A DNA stretch of 64,000 nucleotides from Terriglobia bacterium (GTDB taxonomy: Bacteria; Acidobacteriota; Terriglobia; 20CM-2-55-15), in the NCBI GenBank assembly GCA_965198225.1, contig CBDAOY010000008.1, forward strand, positions 352,001-416,000, given 5' to 3'. Made by a program: the position numbers and the translations under genes. Under the pieces are notes generated by a model. That model searched no databases. It was not told where the DNA came from and worked only from the letters and a program-made list of their open reading frames with translations. Shown here one piece after another: positions 21,376 through 33,592 of the stretch. How positions within the stretch are numbered: position 1 is the first letter of the stretch; each line of letters starts with the position of its first letter.

Positions 21376-22356
21376 TCAGTCGCCGTAAACGCCTTCTAGT
21401 GCTGACTTTCCGTCGGGCTCCGGGCTCGACAGCGCTATCTCCAGCTCTTTGGCGAGGATCACGCGGACCCGATCTTCGGTCTCGACCCGATCCGCGTCGG
21501 TCAGAAGGCCGGCAGCTTCGAGCCGGCTCTCGTACCGCAGAATGGGGTCGCGCTTTTCCCAGCTCTCGATCTCACCTTCGGGGACGTACCAGCTGCTGTC
21601 CGCGTCGGAGTGGCCTCCTACTCGCATGGTCCTCGCCTCGATGATCGAGGGACCATCTCCCCGCCGTGCGCGCTCCAGGGCCTCCCGGGTGCGCGAGTAC
21701 ACGGCGAGCAAATCGTTGCCATCGACCTGGGACCCCGGTATGCCGTAGCAGCGGGCTTTCAACGAGAGATCGTCGATCGCAGCCTGCCGAGATACAGGTG
21801 TGGAGTAGGCGTAACCGTTGTTCTCGATGATCAACACCATCGGTAGCTTGAGCACCGAGACCATGTTCATACCTTCGTGAAAGTCGCCGGTGCTGACCGC
21901 TCCATCACCAAGGTAGGTCAGTGCGACCGCGTCCCTTCCCATCGAACGGTTCGCCAGGGCGACCCCGGCCATTACGGGAATCATGTCCCCCAGGATGCTC
22001 AAGGATGCGACAAGTCCCTTGCTGAGGTCGCCGAAGTAGTGGATCCGCTCCTTGCCGCCTGTGGGGCTCGTGGCCTTTCCCATGTATTGAGTGAAAACAT
22101 CCCGCGGCGGTATTCCCCGAACCAGCATCGTCCCGAGGTTGCGCGTGATCGGACTGACCACGTCTCTCGGACCCAGGGCGTATGCGCTGCCGACCGAGAT
22201 CGCTTCCTGTCCCCGGCTCGTGAAAACGGTCGCGGTGATCGTTCCCTGTTTGTACAGGGCGGTCAGCCTTTCTTCGAGACCCCGGTTCAGCTTCAGAAAG
22301 TAATAGAGGCGCCGAAGGTCTTTCTCTTTCAGCGGTTCTGGGATTTCCATCGTCAT
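21376..22356 (-). CDS. Thiamine-diphosphate-dependent dehydrogenase E1 alpha subunit
   Basis: GQEAISVG, GDGAVSTGDFHEGMN...ENNGYAYS (GDG...NN), GGHSDAD; start uncertain (22350/22356/22374). Confidence 0.88.
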   Translation of the reverse strand: MTMEIPEPLKEKDLRRLYYFLKLNRGLEERLTALYKQGTITATVFTSRGQEAISVGSAYALGPRDVVSPITRNLGTMLVRGIPPRDVFTQYMGKATSPTGGKERIHYFGDLSKGLVASLSILGDMIPVMAGVALANRSMGRDAVALTYLGDGAVSTGDFHEGMNMVSVLKLPMVLIIENNGYAYSTPVSRQAAIDDLSLKARCYGIPGSQVDGNDLLAVYSRTREALERARRGDGPSIIEARTMRVGGHSDADSSWYVPEGEIESWEKRDPILRYESRLEAAGLLTDADRVETEDRVRVILAKELEIALSSPEPDGKSALEGVYGD

Positions 22357-22422
22357 TTTCTCGTGGGCAGACATCGGTCGAATGGACCGGATCTGTCCAG
22401 TCCGCATCCGAGGATATTTTAG

Positions 22423-22746
22423 ATGGCTAAGAGCGACACGCAAATGCGTTCTCTGTTTGAGTCCGTCGAACCGCATGCCGGGACCGACGCGCCCCGCCCC
22501 TCGAGCAGTTCGAAGCTCGCGCGTAGTTTCGTCCGGTGGTGCTGCAGTTTCGGCGAGGAGTTCCGAAACAGCCCCGACGAGGGGAACCTGCGTGCCTGGG
22601 CGGGGCAAGAAGGCTTTCGCTGCAAGTCGGACCAGGAAAAACAGATCCTGACATCCGCCAGAGAGCTTTATCTCAAGCGCATCGTGTCGACGCTCAGCAA
22701 GACCCGGGGTGAGGACGTCGCCCCCGAGCCTCCGCTCGCGAACTGA
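22423..22746 (+). CDS. Hypothetical protein
   Basis: ATG ORF preceded by GAGGA; protein-like composition; fills the gap divergent from the E1 alpha gene. Confidence 0.6.
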   Translation: MAKSDTQMRSLFESVEPHAGTDAPRPSSSSKLARSFVRWCCSFGEEFRNSPDEGNLRAWAGQEGFRCKSDQEKQILTSARELYLKRIVSTLSKTRGEDVAPEPPLAN

Positions 22747-22802
22747 TCAATTCCTCGGCCGTGCCGGCTCTTCTGTTCAGCGGATCCCCGCGGAGCTCCT
22801 AC

Positions 22803-22977
22803 AAATAACAAATCCAGCAATCTGCAATTTCCAACCTCCGAATGCGGATTTGTCCATTGACCAATTTGCGATAGATTCCTTCTTTTCCACCCACTAAAGC
22901 GGACCAGGTCCCATCGCAAATCGCGACATCTGAACAATCCACAATGCAAATTGCTCATTGGAGATTGCTTCATTGGA
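22803..22977 (+). repeat. ~175 bp palindromic dispersed repeat (copy 3)
   Basis: aaataacaaatccagcaatctgcaatttcc...gctcattggagattgcttcatt; aligns with copy 1. Confidence 0.85.
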
Positions 22978-23040
22978 CTCCGATTCGTTACTTCTTCAGC
23001 GTTTGACTTCACGTTTTCCACAGGCTAACCTCCACAACCC

Positions 23041-24606
23041 ATGGAGTTGTCAACCGTCGGACGGCTGATTACCGACCTCGCTGCAGCCGACCCGGACCGC
23101 ACGGCGTTGATCTTTCCTGAACTGGGCGTCGACTACTCTTTCGCCGACCTGGACCGGATTTCCACGAATATCGCGTCAAATCTCCACGAGATGGGTTTCC
23201 GCAAAGGGGATCGGTTTGCCGTTTGGGCCAACAACGTCCCCGAGTGGGTGATGCTTCAGTTCGGAACGGCGAAAATTGGTGTCGTCCTGCTGACTGTCAA
23301 CACCGGTCTCCGACGGAAAGAACTGCACTATGTCCTGTCTCAATCGGGGGCCAAAGGGTTGGCGATGGTCGCCGAGTTCCGGGACGTGAACTTCTCCGAG
23401 GAGTTCGCCGCCGTCCAGGACGACCTCCCGTCGTTGGAGCATGTGTTCGTGCTACCCGAAGACTCCCCCAGGCTGCTGGAGGAACCATCCCGCCTGCTTC
23501 CAGAGATCGCGCTCGGGACCGAAGATTGTATCAACATGCAGTACACCTCGGGCACGACCGGTTTCCCGAAAGGAGTGATGCTGAGCCACCACAACATCCT
23601 CCGGAACGCCCAGGATATCGGGGACCGGTTGACGATGTCGTCGGACGATGTTCTCTGTTTGACAGTGCCGCTGTTCCACTGTTTCGGGTGTGTCATCGGT
23701 GTACTGGGCGCGTACACGCACAGTGCATCGATGGTGGTTCTCGGGGAGTTTCGTCCCCTACCCGTACTCCAGGCGATTCAAAATCATGGATGTACGGTTC
23801 TCTACGGAGTTCCGTCAATGTTCATCGCCGAGCTGAACCATCCGCAGTTCGAGGAGTTCGATCTCAGTACATTGCGCACCGGCATCATGGCTGGATCCCC
23901 ATGCCCACGGGAGGTGATGAAAGACGTCATCGACAAGATGGGCGCCCGCGAGGTGACGATCGCCTACGGGCTGACCGAGGCCTCGCCGGTAGTGACGATG
24001 ACGTTCCCCGACGATCCATTCGATCTGAGAGTCGGGACCGTCGGTCGTCCTCTACCCGACGTCGACGTTAAGATAGTCGATCCCGCCAGCGGGCAGGAAC
24101 GCGCGAGCGGGGAAGAAGGTGAGCTCATTACCCGTGGGTACCACGTCATGTTGGGCTATTACGGAATGCCGGAAGAGACCGAACAAACCATCCGTGACGG
24201 CTGGCTCCACAGCGGGGATCTCGGCACGATCGACGAGGACGGATACGTCCGGATCACCGGCCGCAGCAAAGACCTGATCATCCGTGGCGGCGAGAACATT
24301 TCACCACGCGAAATCGAGGAAATCCTGCTTACCAATCCGGCTGTCCAGGAAGCCTACGTCTACGGCGTACCGGACGACTTCTTCATCCAAAAAGTAGCCG
24401 TCGCCGTTCGACTCAAAGATGGAGAGTCCCTGGACCTGGAGCAGCTGCGGCAATTTTGCGCGGGTCGGCTCGCCCGGTTCAAAGTTCCCGAATATGTGGA
24501 TTTTGTCGACGACTTTCCGACGACACCTAGCGGCAAAGTGCAGAAATACAAGCTGACCGAGATGTGGATCGATCGGTACTCCGACCAGGCGGCGGCCGGC
24601 AGTTGA
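23041..24606 (+). CDS. AMP-binding acyl-CoA synthetase
   Basis: YTSGTTGFPKG, YGLTE, SGDLG, GRSKDLIIRGGENI, SGKVQK; promoter TTGACT-17-TAACCT at 23003-23031. Confidence 0.93.
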   Translation: MELSTVGRLITDLAAADPDRTALIFPELGVDYSFADLDRISTNIASNLHEMGFRKGDRFAVWANNVPEWVMLQFGTAKIGVVLLTVNTGLRRKELHYVLSQSGAKGLAMVAEFRDVNFSEEFAAVQDDLPSLEHVFVLPEDSPRLLEEPSRLLPEIALGTEDCINMQYTSGTTGFPKGVMLSHHNILRNAQDIGDRLTMSSDDVLCLTVPLFHCFGCVIGVLGAYTHSASMVVLGEFRPLPVLQAIQNHGCTVLYGVPSMFIAELNHPQFEEFDLSTLRTGIMAGSPCPREVMKDVIDKMGAREVTIAYGLTEASPVVTMTFPDDPFDLRVGTVGRPLPDVDVKIVDPASGQERASGEEGELITRGYHVMLGYYGMPEETEQTIRDGWLHSGDLGTIDEDGYVRITGRSKDLIIRGGENISPREIEEILLTNPAVQEAYVYGVPDDFFIQKVAVAVRLKDGESLDLEQLRQFCAGRLARFKVPEYVDFVDDFPTTPSGKVQKYKLTEMWIDRYSDQAAAGS

Positions 24607-24655
24607 CCCCCGAACTAGCCTAGACCTCGAATGGCCGCGCTACACGGTAGAGTAG

Positions 24656-26650
<1,995 letters not shown>

Positions 26651-26699
26651 TATTCACCTCTAACATCAGTCTATCGGAAAGCCGTTTGTCGAGGGCTCT

Positions 26700-27644
26700 A
26701 TGAAGAGAATCACGGTTCTTGCGATCACCAGTATGCTGCTGTGGCTCCCCACGGCCGCGGCCCAGCAGGCGCCCGCTCCGGGCGAGCCGGATCAAACGAT
26801 CACGATCGATGTCGACCTGGTCAACGTCCTGTTCACGGTAAGCGACAAGAGGGGCAGGCTGTATACCGATCTCACGAAAGACGATTTGCGCGTCTTCGAG
26901 GACGGCGAGCTCCAGACGATCACCAACTTCAGCTCTGAAACCGACCTTCCGTTAACCGTCGCCCTGCTCGTGGACACGAGCGGGAGCATCCGGGACAAGC
27001 TGCGCTTCGAACAGGAAGCCGCCATCGAGTTCTTCTATTCGACCCTTCGCAGGAGAACCGATCAGGCAATGCTCGTGGCGTTCGATTCCGGCGTCGATCT
27101 CCTTCAGGACTTCACCGACAATCCCGAGACGCTCGCCGACGCTGTCCGGGATATCCGGGCCGGAGGCGGCACCTCGCTTTACGACGCTATCTATCTTGCG
27201 ATAGACGAGAAGATGGCCGGCCAGCCGGGACGCAAGGTGCTCATCGTCATCAGTGATGGGGACGACAACGCCAGCCGGACCTCCATGACAGAGACGATGG
27301 AGATGGCCCAGAAGAACGATGTGGCGGTGTACACGATCAGCACGAATGCGACGGCGCACTTCGGCACGAAGGACCAGCATCGCGGCGACCGGACTCTCCG
27401 GACTTTCGCTGAAGACACCGGGGGCCGGGCATTCTTCCCGTTCAAACTGGAGGAACTGGCCGTGAGCTTCGAGGACATCAGCGAGGAACTCCGCTCGCAG
27501 TACACGCTGGCGTATAATCCAACGAACCGTGTCCGCGACGGAAGCTACCGCGAGATCAAGGTCGAGGCCAGGAACAGGGACTACCGCGTCAAGGCGAGAA
27601 AGGGCTACTACGCACCCCGGGAGTCGTCGCAGAATAACCAGTAA
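26700..27644 (+). CDS. VWFA-related Acidobacterial-domain protein, secreted
   Basis: Signal peptide; VDLVNVLFTVSD, DTSGS MIDAS, GGTSLYDA, ISDGDD, QYTLAY, RKGYY. Confidence 0.88.
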   Translation: MKRITVLAITSMLLWLPTAAAQQAPAPGEPDQTITIDVDLVNVLFTVSDKRGRLYTDLTKDDLRVFEDGELQTITNFSSETDLPLTVALLVDTSGSIRDKLRFEQEAAIEFFYSTLRRRTDQAMLVAFDSGVDLLQDFTDNPETLADAVRDIRAGGGTSLYDAIYLAIDEKMAGQPGRKVLIVISDGDDNASRTSMTETMEMAQKNDVAVYTISTNATAHFGTKDQHRGDRTLRTFAEDTGGRAFFPFKLEELAVSFEDISEELRSQYTLAYNPTNRVRDGSYREIKVEARNRDYRVKARKGYYAPRESSQNNQ

Positions 27645-27666
27645 GAACTCTCAAATTCAGATCGAC

Positions 27667-27693
27667 AAAGGGCGCTCCCCCGAGCGCCCTTTT
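27667..27693 (+). terminator. Intrinsic terminator
   Basis: AAAGGGCGCTC-cccc-GAGCGCCCTTTT. Confidence 0.8.
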
Positions 27694-27766
27694 CTGTTTG
27701 GCTCCTTTCACGGTCCAGAGTAGCTCCCGAGATGGGACGTTCCGGTGTGCCTGTTGTCCGCATGAC

Positions 27767-27957
27767 GTGTAGGTGCGGTCTATGACCGCACATTCGTCGC
27801 GCCGAAACGATGTGCGCTCATAGAGCGCACCTACACCCGATCCTGAGGTTTCGTCCCCCGCACCCGAAACCTCTTCACAGGCTGGCCGGCGGGCCCATAG
27901 AGCGCACCTACACCCGATTCTCGAGTGCCCCTGTCCCCCTCACATTGGCTCTCTCTC
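27767..27957. repeat. GTAG-REP cluster (3 units) plus partial GGGGACAG-family repeat
   Basis: gtgtaggtgcggtctatgaccgcac; gtgcgctcatagagcgcacctacac (one full, one partial); gcccctgtccccctcacattggctctctc. Confidence 0.85.
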
Positions 27958-27976
27958 GGACTTTCCGCTCGAATGG

Positions 27977-28975
27977 CTACTCCACTTTCAGCTTTCGAGT
28001 CAGGATGCCGGCTTCTTCGAACAGGCCGAACGCGCTCTCGTTCAAGGGGTAGTCCATGTTGTAGACCACCTCCGCGATGCCGGAGTTGATGATCATCTTT
28101 GCGCAGAGCAGACATGGGGCGAACGTCGTGTAGATGGTGGCGTTGTGGAGCTGGACCCCGTGATAGGCGGCCTGGACGATAGCGTTTTCTTCACCGTGAG
28201 AGCAGAAGCACTCCCCAAGGTTCGTTCCCGACGGTGCCAGGCTGTTGCATCGGGGGCACCCGCCTTCATTGCAGTTTCGGGTTCCGCGTGGCGTACCGTT
28301 GTAGCCGGTCGAGATGATCCGTTTGTCCCGGACGATGATTGCCGCCACCTTGCGCTTAATGCAATTCGATCTCGAGGCTGCGACCCTGGCGATGTCCATG
28401 AAGTACTGGTCCCAGCTTGGACGGGGGACCTCCTGCAGAAGCTGGATCAGCAGCGTATCGACATCGTCGTGTAGTTCCTCGATGGTGCCGTTGTTCTCCA
28501 GCGTGTGATCGGCCAGCGTTTCCACAGCTATCAGGTTCTGGGAGTTGGCATCGCCGGCGGCTTCCCGCTCTTCCAGGACCAGAAAATCATCGTAGTTTTC
28601 GGGGTCGCTTTCTCGATTTCGCTGCTGAATCCGCTCGAAACGCACCTGCGGGTCGGCTTCCACGTTTAGTAGCCGAAAATGCCCTCCGCTCCGAAGCGCT
28701 TCGACTTCCGCCGGATTCCGGATGGAGTCGATCACGTAGTGGCCGTTGTCCCCCGTTCTGGCCAGAATCCTCTGGGCCAGTATGGACGCACCGAACCGCC
28801 CTCGCAGCTCGTTGCCCGTGCGAATCAGGTTCTCGCGTGTCAATTCGTCCCCGCGGGACTGAAGCTCGTCGCGGATGATGTCGGAAAGGGAGTAATAGGA
28901 GAAACTTTTCTCTTTCAGGTGTTCGGCGACCGCGCCTTTACCCGCCGCGTTCCGTCCTGTCAGACCGATCAACAT
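27977..28975 (-). CDS. dCMP deaminase fused to an N-terminal P-loop nucleotide-kinase-like domain
   Basis: N-terminal GRNAAGKG, DSIRNPAEV; C-terminal RPSWDQYFM, GYNGTP, HGEENA, PCLLC zinc motifs. Confidence 0.9.
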   Translation of the reverse strand: MLIGLTGRNAAGKGAVAEHLKEKSFSYYSLSDIIRDELQSRGDELTRENLIRTGNELRGRFGASILAQRILARTGDNGHYVIDSIRNPAEVEALRSGGHFRLLNVEADPQVRFERIQQRNRESDPENYDDFLVLEEREAAGDANSQNLIAVETLADHTLENNGTIEELHDDVDTLLIQLLQEVPRPSWDQYFMDIARVAASRSNCIKRKVAAIIVRDKRIISTGYNGTPRGTRNCNEGGCPRCNSLAPSGTNLGECFCSHGEENAIVQAAYHGVQLHNATIYTTFAPCLLCAKMIINSGIAEVVYNMDYPLNESAFGLFEEAGILTRKLKVE

Positions 28976-29055
28976 CGAAAACTCGGCGGACCTCCTTCGC
29001 GCTTCTCGAGAACCCTACGATACTATGATTCCCGGATCGGGGACTGAAGGTTTCT

Positions 29056-30564
29056 GTGCGGCACAAGTCACTACATATCGCCATGATCGCTGTCGAATGC
29101 TTTCCCTACGTCAAGGTGGGGGGGCTGTCCGACGTCGTGACGGCCCTGTCGGACGAGCTGGTCCAACGAGGGGAGAGAGTGGACGTCTTCATACCCGCGT
29201 TTTCCGGGATCGACCGTGATGTCCATGGCTTCCAGCGACTCGATGTCGGGTCCGAGCTGGCTGTCCAGGTCGGTCGGCACGGTATCGAAGTCGCCGCCTA
29301 CTGCTCGAGGGCTGATCATTCCGAGCGGCGTGTCTTCCTTGTCGGTGGTGGCGATTACTTCGATCGAGACGGGGTTTATGTCGATTCCGAGACGGGAAGC
29401 GACTACCCGGATCAGTTCGAGCGATGGGTCTTCTTCCAGCGGGCTGTCCTGGCCCTACTGGCCACGACAGCACCAGGTGTGGATGTGATTCACTGCCACG
29501 ATCATCAGGCCGGCCTGATCCCGCGCTATGTCGAGACGGAACATCGACCACGCGGGGTGTTTCGAGCCGCAGCGACAGTCCTGACCGTTCACAACCTTGC
29601 CTACCAGGGGCTGTTTGACGCGGAACTGTGGCCGGGGATCGGCCCTGAGGCGGGGCCCCTTCAGGAGGGAGATCCCTACGAGTTCTTCGGTCGGGTGAGT
29701 TTCATGAAAGGCGGTATCTTCCACGCCGATGCGCTCACGACCGTCAGTCCGACTTACGCCAGGGAGATACGGACTCCGGAGCACGGTTGCGGCCTGGAAG
29801 GGCTGCTTGAGAGCCGGCGAGACCGGCTCCATGGCATCCTCAACGGTATCGACAGCGAAGTCTGGAACCCCGAGACCGATCGCTTGATCCCGAAGAACTA
29901 CACTCTGGACGACCTGGCGGGCAAAGCGGTCTGCCGGGAGCAGCTGCTGTCCGACCTCGGGCTGAGCTCCAGCACGCACGACGGCCCTGTCCTGGCGATG
30001 ATTTCACGAATCGAAGACCAGAAAGGATTCGACCTGCTGCTGGCCATCCTCGACGAACTCCTCTCGGAACCTGTCTTCTTCATTCTCCTCGGAACGGGGG
30101 ATCGAACAAAGGAAGTAGCCATCGAAGACATTGTCGGACGACATTCGGACAGGGCGCGAGCGCGTATCGGGTTCTTTGACGAACGTTTGGCTCATCGGAT
30201 CGAAGCCGGAGCCGATGTTTTCCTGATGCCGTCCAGCTACGAACCGTGTGGGCTGAACCAGATGTACAGCCTCAGGTACGGCACTGTGCCGGTCGTTCGC
30301 CGAACGGGCGGCCTGGCCGACACGGTAGAGGAATTTGATGCGCTACGGGGCCGAGGCAACGGATTCGTCTTTACCGACCGGAAGCCGTCGGAGTTTCGCC
30401 GAGCGATCGATCGCGCATTGAGCCTTTGGAGTGACCGGGGGAGTTGGGCGCGCCTGCAGCGAAACGGGATGACGGCCGACTTCGGGTGGTCCGAGTCTGC
30501 TGAGCGCTACCTCGAGGTCTACAAGGCGGCTCTGAATTCAGGGACGGAGACCGAATTCGGGTGA
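29056..30564 (+). CDS. glgA: Glycogen synthase (GT5)
   Basis: KVGGLSDV, HCHD, HNLAYQG, MPSSYEPCGLNQMYS, TGGLADTV. Confidence 0.93.
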   Translation: MRHKSLHIAMIAVECFPYVKVGGLSDVVTALSDELVQRGERVDVFIPAFSGIDRDVHGFQRLDVGSELAVQVGRHGIEVAAYCSRADHSERRVFLVGGGDYFDRDGVYVDSETGSDYPDQFERWVFFQRAVLALLATTAPGVDVIHCHDHQAGLIPRYVETEHRPRGVFRAAATVLTVHNLAYQGLFDAELWPGIGPEAGPLQEGDPYEFFGRVSFMKGGIFHADALTTVSPTYAREIRTPEHGCGLEGLLESRRDRLHGILNGIDSEVWNPETDRLIPKNYTLDDLAGKAVCREQLLSDLGLSSSTHDGPVLAMISRIEDQKGFDLLLAILDELLSEPVFFILLGTGDRTKEVAIEDIVGRHSDRARARIGFFDERLAHRIEAGADVFLMPSSYEPCGLNQMYSLRYGTVPVVRRTGGLADTVEEFDALRGRGNGFVFTDRKPSEFRRAIDRALSLWSDRGSWARLQRNGMTADFGWSESAERYLEVYKAALNSGTETEFG

Positions 30565-30694
30565 GGATCGAGATCGGGGACGGAGACCGAACTCCTGGGA
30601 ACCGGAAATCAACGGTTTAAAAGGCCGGGTAATTCGGTCTCCGTCCCCGATCTCCTCGATTTGGCGAATTCGGTCTCCGTCCCCGAATTCCCCG
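30540..30694. repeat. Nested inverted repeat of GGGACGGAGACCGAA(TT) (two direct plus two inverted copies)
   Basis: gggacggagaccgaattc ... ggggacggagaccgaac ... aattcggtctccgtcccc x2; the first copy overlaps the glgA 3' end. Confidence 0.8.
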
Positions 30695-30764
30695 ACGTTC
30701 GGCTATCGGGGAACCGGAGACGTCATCGAGTACAATGCCGTTTGGATAAACCAAACCCAGGATA

Positions 30765-31727
30765 ATGATCTCTGTGTTCAAGCTGTCCGCCGACTCGCCC
30801 GATGCGGTTGTGGAACTGCCATCCCTCGAGTCGCTGCCAGAGGAGGGTGATTGCGTTTGGGTCGACCTCGATAGTCCGACCGAGGCCGAGGCCGCCGTTC
30901 TCTCCGAAGTGTTCCAGTTCCACCCGCTGGCGATCGAAGACTGTTGGCAGGGTCCTCAGTCGCCGAAGGTCGACGACTACCGCGATTACGCGTTCATCGT
31001 CGTCCATGGAGTGCGCTACGAGCAGGAATCCGGGAACTTTGAAACCCACGAGCTCAACGTCTTCCTGGGACGAAATTATCTGGTTACGTTCCACGCCGAG
31101 CGCTCCTTGAGCATCGGAGCCGCCGTAGAGCATGTTCGGCACAGCCCGCAATTGATGAAACAGGGGACGGATTTTCTCCTGCACTTCATCGTCGACAGAC
31201 TGGTCGACAACTATTTTCCAAAGCTTGAGGTGATGGAGGACCGTATCGAAGAACTCGAAGCATCGGCGTTCCAGGATCCGAGCGAAGAAGTGCTCAACAA
31301 CATCTTTGAGACGCGCCGCCAGTTGACGCACCTGCGTCGCGTCGTCGGCCACGAACGCGAGGTACTGGTCGTCATCAGCCGGGGTGGCATCCGCTTTGTC
31401 GGCGACAAGGCGCGCCTCTACTTCCGTGATGTCTACGATCACATGCTGCGCATTACCGAAATGTCTGATGTGCTGCGCGACACCATCAATGTCATCCTTC
31501 AGGCCTATCTTTCGATGATCTCGAACCGGCTCAACAACACCATGAGGGTTCTGACCGTAATCGCGACGATCATGCTGCCGATGACCGTCATAACGGGCAT
31601 CTACGGCATGAACTTCCGCAACATGCCCGAACTCGGGTGGGATTATGGCTACTACGCCGTCCTGGGGGGCATGGCGCTCATCTCAGGAGGCATGTTGTGG
31701 ATCTTCAGAAAGCGAAAATGGTTATAG
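30765..31727 (+). CDS. corA: Magnesium/cobalt transporter CorA
   Basis: FHPLAIED, YFRDVYDH, GIYGMNF signature, MPEL, two C-terminal TM helices. Confidence 0.96.
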   Translation: MISVFKLSADSPDAVVELPSLESLPEEGDCVWVDLDSPTEAEAAVLSEVFQFHPLAIEDCWQGPQSPKVDDYRDYAFIVVHGVRYEQESGNFETHELNVFLGRNYLVTFHAERSLSIGAAVEHVRHSPQLMKQGTDFLLHFIVDRLVDNYFPKLEVMEDRIEELEASAFQDPSEEVLNNIFETRRQLTHLRRVVGHEREVLVVISRGGIRFVGDKARLYFRDVYDHMLRITEMSDVLRDTINVILQAYLSMISNRLNNTMRVLTVIATIMLPMTVITGIYGMNFRNMPELGWDYGYYAVLGGMALISGGMLWIFRKRKWL

Positions 31728-31729
31728 GC

Positions 31730-31914
31730 GTGTAGGTGCGGTCTATGACCGGAACCATTTATCAGCGTCGGGGCCACCGTCCCCCTTCCGGACGAGAGCT
31801 TGAGCGTTCAAGTACCGATCACAGTGCGTGGATTTGCGGAGAAAGACAGCTGGTCCGGTCCCCCCACGCCGTCCTCGGACCGAAACGATGTGCGGTCATA
31901 GACCGCACCTACAC
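31730..31914. repeat. REPIN: inverted GTAG-REP pair with conserved core (copy 2)
   Basis: Shares ttgagcgttcaa, gtgcgtggatttgc, gagaaagacagctggtccggtccccccacgcc with 20041-20224. Confidence 0.85.
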
Positions 31915-33592
31915 CTACTTCCTATAGACCACTGCGCCGCCTACGATCGTCATTATCGTCTCGGCCTCCAGAATTTCTTCCTCCGGAACCGTCATGATGT
32001 TTTTTGACAGGACGGTCAGGTCCCCAAGCTTGCCCACTTCCAGGGAGCCGCGGATGTCTTCCTCGAAGGCGGCTTCGGCGGCCCAGATCGTGAACATCTT
32101 GAGAGCTTCTTCACGGGAGACACGCTGTTCGGGATGCCAGCCCTCTCCCTGGAACCCCTTGAGATCTTTCCTGGCCACGGCGGCATAGAACTCGATTCGC
32201 GGATCACCGCGTTCGACCGGTGCGTCGCTTCCTCCGGCGATGATCACGCCGCTGTCGATAATGTCCCTCCATGCGTAAGCCCCAGCCAGCCGTTCGATAC
32301 CCAGTCGGGAAGGCGCGAAGTGCAGATCCGTGATGGCGTGGGACGGCTCCATCGATGCGATGATTCCGACCTCGGCCAGTCGCCCGACGTCGTCGGGATG
32401 GAGAACCTGTACGTGTTCGATGCGCAGGCGGGGCTCGGCAACGGCCCGTTCCGCAAGCCCTACCGCTTCCTGGGCCCGTGCGTACATGTCGATAACTTCC
32501 CGGTTCGCGCGGTCGCCGATGGCGTGAATCATGACCTGTATGCCCCGCCTCAGACCCTCCTCCACCATCGCCGAGACCTTGTCGAAATCCTGGGTCGGGA
32601 ATCCGGGCGTGTCGTAGTCCGCGTATGGTTCGAGCAGCCAGGCTCCCCGGGAGCCCAAGGCTCCGTCGACCGCGACCTTGATACTTCGCACCGTGAGATG
32701 GTTGTCGAAGAGGCCGATCTGTGGGCCCTCCTCCAAAAGCCGGCTCGCATCCTCTCCGGGTCCGCGAACGGCGTAGTAGATGCGCAGCTTTGCCGCCCCG
32801 CTCTCGTAGAGCCTCTTCAGCCGTTCGACGTCGGCCAAGGATCCGCCCGGAATGTGGACGCTGGTCCAGCCTTCTTCCAGCGCAGTGGCCATTCCGACTT
32901 CCAGGTTCCTCACCAGGTCCGATTCCGTAGTCGACGGAACATGCTCGCGAATCAGTCCCTGCGCCGCATCGAGGAACATCCCGTGAGGCTCCCCCCCGGA
33001 CTCCTTCATGATTACGCCCCCGAATGGATCGGGCGTTTGGCCGGTCACGCCCGCGATCCGGATGGCTTCGCTGTTGGCCACCCCGGCGTGACCGTCCGCT
33101 CGGGCGAGGTAAACCGGGTTGTCCGGGGACACGCGATCCAGGTCCCGTCGGGTAGGGAACGCCGGTTCCGGCCACTGCGCCTCGATCCATCCCCGCCCCG
33201 TGACCCATTCGCCGGGCTCTCTCAGTGCGATGGCGTTCTCGACACGGTCCAGGAAGTCTTCGAGGCTGGTGCTACCTTCCAGGTTGAGCGTGAGCTCGCG
33301 GTTGCCGACCCCGCTCAAGTGGTAGTGGCTGTCGGCCAGGCCCGGTACGGCCGTGGCGCCCTCAAGATCGATCACCTGTGTGGCCGGACCGATTATAGTT
33401 TCCGACCCCTACCTCGCTTCCGACGAAGACGATCCGGTCGCCGGTGATGGCCAGTGCTTCCGCTCGAGGCGCCAGCTCGTTTGCGGTATAGATCGTTCCG
33501 TTTCGGACCACGACGTCAGCCGGCGGTTGGCCGGGTCCGCAGGAGGAAACGAGAAGAGCTACGTATAGGACGAGCATGCGTTGCCACGACAT
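31915..33592 (-). pseudogene. YtcJ-like amidohydrolase (lipoprotein) with a single frameshift near 33393
   Basis: Lipobox LLVSSC and NGTIYT...IVFVGS in one frame; VIDLEGATAVPGLADSHYH, HAIGD, RIEH, GSDAP in another. Removing one A from TATAATC restores VGNYIGPATQVIDL. Confidence 0.75.
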
